From Eledone cirrhosa (Eukaryota): DNA of 64,000 nt. The stretch is taken from the NCBI GenBank assembly GCA_964016885.1, contig OZ024741.1, forward strand, positions 212,970,001-213,034,000, read 5' to 3'. Positions 55,540 to 64,000 of the stretch are shown here, piece after piece. The position numbers were made by a program, and so were the translations under genes. The notes under the pieces are model-generated. The model had not been told where the DNA came from and made no database searches. It saw nothing but the letters and a program-made list of their open reading frames with translations. Numbering within the stretch: the first letter of the stretch is position 1; each line of letters opens with the position of its first letter.

Positions 55540-56232
55540 AATGAAAAAAAGCGAGGTGTCCTACACGAGTGAATAGAAATGGCTACAACAATAGGCATTG
55601 ATGAATTACGAAAACAGAAACAAATTCACGTTACGTCCAATATTCTATCGTATATCTCAACACACAACCCAAGAAATGCGGAAGCTTACAACACTATTCA
55701 CAAGAACATCACACTATTGAAACAAGACCCAATAATGAAAAAAGTCCTTGAAACACACAAAATAATCAAAAGCAAAATAAAACCGAAATCACTAAAAACA
55801 TTACTCATCAATGCCAAATTCTTACCACAGACCCACAACCAACTCTCAAAAAATGTGGTCGCTATAATTGTGGAACCTGCATTACACACATTTAAGGCAA
55901 CACGTATACATTTCAATCCGGACAAAATTTTGCTGTAATAAATCACTTCACTTCCTCATCAAAAAATCAACTTCATGCCATTAAATGTAAAGGATGCAAT
56001 GAAGATTATATAGGACAAACTAAACTCACACTCAGAAACAGAATGACAGTTGATCGCCAACAATTACGAGATCATACGACTAAGTGCACATCTAGACATA
56101 TGCGCAAATAATAAGACACCCAAATTCCAAGTCTTCCCATTTTAACTTCGCGCTGACAATACAACAGAACAAATACGAATAAATAAGGAAAATATGTTTA
56201 TTCAAAAATATAGACCAGCATTATATATAGTT
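55540..56232 (+). pseudogene. Penelope-like (Neptune-type) linker/Zn motif plus GIY-YIG remnant
   Basis: THNPRN...PKSLKTLL, then in shifted frames KCGRYNCGTC and IKCKGCNEDYIGQTKLTLRNRMTV. Confidence 0.75.
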
Positions 56233-56742
56233 TAATATACATTATGTCAACACCATAATAGGCTAAACATCCAAACAGACACATACATACACACACACAT
56301 AACACCTTCTATTTTAGAAAATAAAAACCAGAACTAAATGAACCTTAACATACGTTACTACTCTAACACCTTAACATGCTAAATCCCCCCCCCCCCATTT
56401 CTACTAACGGAATCATTTTCCTATACACACATACACACAAAAAATATATATTCTCTCCATCTTAACATGCTAACCATACTCCCACTCACACATACACACA
56501 CACCAAACACCCATAAACACACATAACCCCACTCACACATACACACACACCAAACACCCATAAACACACATAACTCCCTCCCCCATTTCTACTAATAGAA
56601 TCATCTTCCTACACACAGAGACAGACACACAGACACACACACACACACCAGCACACAAATAAACATACATATTTATACTTTCTTTATTTCAATAGAAAGT
56701 CTGAATTTTGACGCCCCAGCACACCAGCCATAATCACTGAAC

Positions 56743-57081
56743 CAGAACAAATCTCCCCATCCCGTTTTTCTTGACCATTATCTTTTGTTTGGCACAAAAT
56801 TTTCTAAAAGGCTACAAAACAAATTCCAAAATACAGGCGCGAAATTTAATGTACTTGTTCACGTGACAGTAAAATTTCATTTATAACCAATCAAATTACA
56901 TTTCAGCAAATCAGTCATACGCAGAACAACTCTCTCCATCCCTTTTTCTTGACCATTATATTTTGTTTGGCACAAAATTCTCTAAATGGCTACAAAAAAA
57001 TTCCAAAATACGGGCGCGAAATTTAATGTACTTGTTCACGTGACCGTCATAATTTCATTTATAACCAATCAAATTACATTT
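56743..57081. repeat. 179-bp tandem duplication downstream of the PLE remnant
   Basis: cagaacaa...ttcttgaccattat...gcgcgaaatttaatgtacttgttcacgtgac at 56743 and 56922. A separate 50-bp tandem lies at about 56478-56575. Confidence 0.85.
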
Positions 57082-57547
57082 ATAAAAAAAAAGCTTTCGT
57101 GTGTCACCCATTTTTAAGTAAAAAGAAATTCAAACTCAAACTGGCATGAAAGCTGATGTGCTTATTCACGTGACTGCATCAACCAACTAAACTTCACTCA
57201 TATATGAAAAAACAACCTGAGCCCACCCACCCCTTTTTATAAAGCAAATATAATAAGAAATTTGTAACGTGAACTGGCGCGAAATGTATTATACTTATTC
57301 ACCAACCAACCAAATTACTTTTCTAAAAACCTAGCATTTCGAGCCACTTTTTTTTCGAGCCACTTTTTTCCATATAAAACAAGTAACATTCAAACACCAA
57401 CCAGATGTGAGAAAAAACACAAAACCTCCATCTCAATTCTACTTTTGAAAAGCAAAAGAACTTCGAAACCGGTAAGGGAACCAAATAAATATATATTTTT
57501 ATTAAAAAAAACTCCAGTTGCATTTTCGATTTCATCCTTTTTCCGTT

Positions 57548-57650
<103 letters not shown>

Positions 57651-58019
57651 GCGTGCTGCGTGGTTGCACATGGGTTACATATGAATAAAATTAGTCTTTC
57701 ATCAGTGATCTTTCAACCTTCATTGGTATTTCTTCGCTTTAAATATCATATACCTCTGGTTGGTGCGAGCAATAACTAAAGAAACTTATTGTGACACGTA
57801 AAATAGGGTGAAGCGAGCGAGACTTGTAAACAAACATAGATGGTAATGCAACGGAAAGAGTGGAAGAGGAGAAACAAGTCAGTGATATCTATGAACTTAA
57901 GTTCGGTGAAATCATAAATGAGAGGTAAAGACCATCCGACCTGGGTGAGATGTGAGCGAGAAAATGATACATATATATATTAAAATATCTTCGGATTTTA
58001 GTCTTCACATTTAATATTA

Positions 58020-58068
<49 letters not shown>

Positions 58069-58263
58069 AAAAAGAGATGAAATCGAAAATGCAACTGAAG
58101 TCTTATTTTTTTTAAAAATATATATATTTATTTGGTTCCTTTATAAATCAGGATGGATTCAGTTTGAAACTGATTAGACCACTACTCAATAATTGGGTAG
58201 TAGAATATAGTTATATGATAAAAAGTAATGACTCGAGGACTGAGCTCTTGCCGTTTAAACAGG

Positions 58264-58300
<37 letters not shown>

Positions 58301-58520
58301 TGGTTACACAACAGTTAGTTCACCATACCGAGAACAATTGTTTCACCTAGCGGATCCTCAGCTCGTAATGGACATCCATTACGAGCTGAGGATCCGCTAG
58401 ATGAAACAATTGCTCTCGGTATGGTGAACTAACTGTTGTGTAACCATTTCTACCTAATTCGTCCGATTTACTGAGTGATCCACCACTACGGTTATTACCT
58501 TCCATTGTTCTACCTATATA
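58301..58520. mobile_element. fold-back element: 146-bp palindrome with a hammerhead on each arm plus a 70-bp tail
   Basis: Palindrome 58301-58446; the tail is shared with 61565-61636. Confidence 0.85.
58329..58365 (-). ncRNA. minimal type I hammerhead
   Basis: cgag-CTGAGGA-t-cc-gcta-gg-t-GAAA-caattg-TT-ctcg. The mirror copy at 58382-58418 (+) has two substitutions. Confidence 0.72.
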
Positions 58521-59193
58521 TATATATATATATTAATACAATAACAGAGATAGTTTAAAGCTAATCTCTGACTGATAACCATCTCACTCAACAAACATTA
58601 GGTTATATTTTAATATAAACCCAATTTAAGTGTTTGGGGTGCTAACAATATGTATTATGTGGAAAAGCCAGTTGTATTATTTTATGAGATATAATTAAAG
58701 TTAAAATATATCTCTCTTTCCAAACAATTGTTTCATTATAAGTTTTCTTCAAATTCGGAGAATATTTCCAGTTTATGTAGAAGCCTAATATACATTCATG
58801 TAAGAATATATTTAGGTGGGCGCCTATAAATCATCAGTGGAAGCACAATAAACTTTGATATAAGAAAAACATTTCTTACCACAGTTAAAAATCGTGTCCG
58901 TTAAGTTGCTCCTTCCCGCATCGAATGACCGGCAAATTTGAAATTCCAGCAGTTTTTGACTGAGGAAATATTATAGCGTCACTAAGCGGGAAGGGGAGAC
59001 AACCACGATCCACGAAAGGAGGAAAAATAACAATAATATACACGCGGGTTAATCAATTTTTTCGAAAACATTATCAATCCAACGTGTTAAGAACTCAATT
59101 GGAATTAAAAAAATAAACATATGCGTGTATAAATTACACACGCATATAGATATTTTCTTAGGCTAAAAACAGAGGTTGTACCTGAATAAGAAA

Positions 59194-59386
<193 letters not shown>

Positions 59387-59394
59387 ATTATATA

Positions 59395-59553
<159 letters not shown>

Positions 59554-60949
59554 ATACGAAGAGAGATAGAGAGGGGTGTTTGCAATATTTCTATAATATG
59601 TATTGCTATTTCGATTTACATATATAACATTATCTAATGTATGAGATTGAGTTTGTATTATCGTGAGGCAATAAATATAGATTCATCGATATAAAGAGAT
59701 AAAGATTTAAAATGTAAAAAAGTGATTGATTTCTAAATGTCTAAAATTTTAAATATCTATTTTGCAAACCTTTCTCTCGAAAATACAAAACAAATTCTAA
59801 TGCTTTCTCAATCGTCGAAATTATAGCTTAATCATAAATTCTAAATATCTTGTGCTACTACACCATTACATTCCTCGTTTAAAATTATATTCAAATTGAA
59901 CAAAGCGAACTATTAGGGAAAAAAAAAAAGATTTTTTTTTTTTCTATTATAATATATTATAATCTATTATTAGTAGTAGTATTAGTATAAAATAAATCAT
60001 TATTATTATTATTGATGTTGTTGTTATTGTTGTTGTCGCTGTAGCTGCTGTTGTACTTTTTTACATACGACCTTCTTTGAAATTAATTCAATCGCACACA
60101 ACAAAAATATTTTTTGCCGCTATTAGTTGTCAATAAATGACATAAGAGCTTCATTCCAGTGCAGACATAATAGTATAGTTTTATTTAATTTGAAGTTATT
60201 ATTGCTGTCGTTATTATTGTTGTTGTCATTCTTTTTGAAGCTGTTGTTGTTGTCATTGATGTTGTTTTTAGTTTTGTTGTTGTTCCAATATCTAAAATAT
60301 CATTCTACAGATGTGAATGCCAATAATCAAATCTGTTATTAAAACAACTATAATCATCTCCTTACGCCCCAACAGAAATCGAACTTTTCCCCTCACTCAC
60401 TCCCGAGATATACCACCACATTATTCTACCACATACCTCGCATTTTGACGTTGTCTTTTCCCTTTTTAAACTTGGGATATTTTAGAAACTCTTCAAATAT
60501 ATAGATTTGTAAAGAGATAACTTGAATGCATTATCTAAAATATGGCGTGTGCATGAATTTATATATGGCTATAGTAAATTCACGACATTGCAGTTGATTC
60601 TTCTCTCTCTTAATGGACAAACCATTTCACACATATAACATTGACATTGAAATCGGTTCTGTACGTTCAGGGTTCGTATCTTGTTGAGGTCAACTTTACC
60701 TTTCATCTTTTCGGATAAATAATGTACGAGTCAAATTGTATAGTCACTGCGTTTCTCTATGATTCTGTAGGCACTAGTTCAGTCGTGTATATATGCATTG
60801 TAAAATCAAATCCCGACTCCTTCTACCAAGCAATGCAATCGGAAGATAATATCAGCAATGGAAGGATCAGTTCATGTGGAAATAGTTTCGTTACTCCTTA
60901 ACATATTTAATATGGAGTTTTCAGTATCTCAAAATGAAGCATTGTAATT

Positions 60950-61228
60950 AATTGGTTCTAGTTTTGGCACAAGGCCAGCAATTATCCCTGTGCATAACTG
61001 GTACTTTATTTTGTCGGCCCCGTAAGGATGTAATTAATAGCGGTGGATTAGCAGTATCGGTAGAAGGTTAGACGCCATGTTTTGCAGCATAGAGATACGT
61101 CTCTTTTTGATATGAGTTCAAATTCCGCCGAGGTTAACTTTGCCTTTCATCCTTACAGGGCTGATAAAATAAAGTACCAGTAACACACTGGGGTAATTGC
61201 TGGCCTTGTGCCAAAAAGTAGAAACAAT
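60950..61228. mobile_element. partial minus-strand SINE (60950-61030) back-to-back with a full plus-strand SINE (61039-61228)
   Basis: Both match the dominant family. Confidence 0.85.
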
Positions 61229-61370
61229 TATATTTATGCATCTCACTTCTTTAGCAAAAATATACAAGCATTCATACAAACATGTATGTAAAATTAATAA
61301 TATATTTCTTCATTGTACTGTCATTTGTTTTGTTATTTCTGTTTGCCTTTTGCACACACACACGCACGCG

Positions 61371-61454
<84 letters not shown>

Positions 61455-61468
61455 GAGAGAGAGAAATC

Positions 61469-61636
61469 GTAACACAACAGTTAGTTCACCATACCGAGAA
61501 CAATTGTTTCACCTTATAAGGTGAAACAATTGTTCTCCGTATGGTGAACTAACTGTTGTGTTACTACTTCTACCAAACTCGTCCCATGGACTGAGTGCTC
61601 TACCACTACGGATATTACCTTCCAGTGTTCTACCTC
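61469..61636. mobile_element. fold-back element, shorter sibling of 58301-58520
   Basis: 96-bp palindrome 61469-61564 centred on ccttataagg, with the same tail. Confidence 0.85.
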
Positions 61637-62061
61637 TCTCTCTATATATATATATATTATTCAAATAAGGAAAGTTGGATGATCAAATAATCCATCGACC
61701 TTGGTCATAAACAGAAGTAACGCACTCTACGCTTCTGCTCCTTAAAGTATTAAACAATGAGGTATCAACCAGAGTGTCACAGAACATACTTGCCCAAAGT
61801 GCCACGCAAAGGGAGTGAACTTACGACCAAATGTTTGCAGAGTGAACTCTTCAAACTCCATTCTTACTGATAATATTACTATCCCTCTCTTACTCTCTCA
61901 GTTTTTCTTTCTCTCTCTTTCTATCTCTCTGTCTGTCTCTACCTTTATGTTTCTCTGTGTGCCTCTCACATTCTATATATCACTACTTGTATCGTACCTT
62001 TGTTGTCGTGACTCACCTCTCTTGGCAACATCACATACTTAATAAACTGACCACACGCCTG

Positions 62062-62345
<284 letters not shown>

Positions 62346-62563
62346 TGATGTATGTGTTTGTGTGTTTGTGTGTTTGTGTGTTATGCATGTGTGTGCGTAT
62401 ATGGATATATATATATATATATATTTATATATATGTAACCAAGTAAAATATTTTTGCCCTTGCGACGTGTGTATATGTGCGTGTGTAAATATATGTATGT
62501 GTGTATATGTATATGTCCATGCGTAAATATATGGTGTATGTGTATATATATATATATATACAT

Positions 62564-62643
<80 letters not shown>

Positions 62644-62705
62644 CATACACACATATATATATGGAATACTGTTGGCTTCTTGCTACAATATTTTCTATAC
62701 TTTTC

Positions 62706-62787
<82 letters not shown>

Positions 62788-63069
62788 CATGACGCATGAA
62801 ATTTTATGTACCCACTCACCTTACACTACTCCGTTCAATTTAGCATGCAACTTCTTACAATATCCTTTCGTTCATTCATTCATTACACACGATATTCACA
62901 TGGTGGGGAATTGTAGGAGGGTGGCGGGCTTGTTGGCCCCGAGGGCAACCATGTAATTGTCTACACAAATGAAATTTCGTTAGTCGTACTTATACAGTTA
63001 ATCTGAGCAACGAACACCGCTGAGAACGAAAAGGGGGTGATTGTAAAAATTGGTTGTGCTTGCTTACTC

Positions 63070-63093
63070 CCCCATACCTCTCTCTCCCCCCCA

Positions 63094-63140
<47 letters not shown>

Positions 63141-63167
63141 ACTCACTCTCTCTCTCTCGCTCTCTCG

Positions 63168-63198
<31 letters not shown>

Positions 63199-63660
63199 GC
63201 TCACTCTCTCATTCTCTCATTCTCGCATTTACACTCGCTCTCTCTCCCTATCTCTCTCTCTCTCCCTATCTCTCTCTCTCTCGCTCTCTCTCGCTCGCTC
63301 TCGCTCACTCTTTCATTCTCGCATTTACACTCGCTCTCTCTCCCTATCTCTTTCTCTCTCTCTCGCTCTCTCTCTCACTCTCTCATTCCCCGCATTTACA
63401 CTCGCTCTCTCTCTCTCCCTATCTCATTCTCTCTCGCTCTCTCTCTCTCTCTCGCTCTCTCTCTCACTCTCTCATTCTCGCATTTACACTCGCTCTCTCT
63501 CCCTATCTCTCTCTCTCTCTCAAGCTCTCTCTCGCCCTCTCTCTCGCTCACTCTCTTTCTCATTCTCGCATTTTCTCTCACTCTCTCTCTCTATCACTTT
63601 CTTTCACTCTCTCTCTCACGTTCTCTTCCTCTCTCTCTCTCTCTCTCTCTTTCTCTTAGC
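63070..63660. repeat. CT-rich compound repeat with a higher-order unit
   Basis: cattctcgcatttacactcgctctctctccctatc recurs four to five times within (CT)n. Confidence 0.85.
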
Positions 63661-63734
63661 TAGTTCTCCATTAGTTGCATGTCCCATGTTCTTGTTAATG
63701 TTAATATAAACATATAACGCCTTTATATTTTCTG

Positions 63735-64000
63735 ACCATTACCACTGGACAATACCACTACCCTCACCATTACCACTGGACAATACCACTACCCTCACCA
63801 TTACCACTGGACACTACCACTACCCTCACCATTACCACTGGACAATACCACTACCCTCACCATTACCACTGGACAATACCACTACCCTCACCATTACCAC
63901 TGGACAATACCACTACCCTCACCATTACCACTGGACAATACCACTACCCTCACCATTACCACTGGACAATACCACTACCCTCACCATTACCACTGGACAA
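63735..64000. repeat. 31-bp minisatellite, at least 8.5 copies, runs off the window
   Basis: accattaccactggacaataccactaccctc, almost invariant. Confidence 0.95.

Noticed and set aside
57443-57480. Hammerhead-like GAAAccggTA at the end of the Neptune-type remnant; similar traces at about 6330 and 53935
   Set aside because: The CUGANGA half is too degenerate (TTGAAAA) to call, although the position is plausible.
58886-59010. Imperfect hairpin ctccttcccgc...gcgggaagggga
   Set aside because: It is a single copy with short arms, has no complete ribozyme core, and cannot be assigned to a family.
63735-64000. Telomeric repeat
   Set aside because: The 31-bp unit is not a TTAGGG-type repeat; it is an ordinary minisatellite.

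Overview
AT-rich, microsatellite-dense eukaryotic DNA with no recognisable host protein-coding exon. The SINE content suggests a cephalopod (octopus-like) genome, which is an inference. The window is almost entirely retroelement-derived. (i) Two ~6-kb L1/Tx1-like LINEs and the 3' stub of a third are stacked head-to-tail in (AAT)n tracts (27184-39060, minus strand). (ii) There are several Penelope-like elements (PLEs): three Naiad-type GIY-YIG/RT remnants, one of them forming a 1.8-kb inverted repeat (44041-48952), and one Neptune-type remnant. (iii) RTE LINE fragments and more than 20 tRNA-derived SINE copies are present. (iv) About 14 type I hammerhead ribozyme motifs, read by eye from the sequence, fall into several unrelated sequence families. 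They include two non-coding 242/314-bp units with terminal direct repeats (retrozyme-like), fold-back elements carrying hammerheads on both strands, and a recurrent CCGANGA core variant tied to the Naiad elements. Most ORFs in the supplied track are translations of microsatellites or antisense frames of the LINEs. Coordinates were read by eye and may be off by a few bases.
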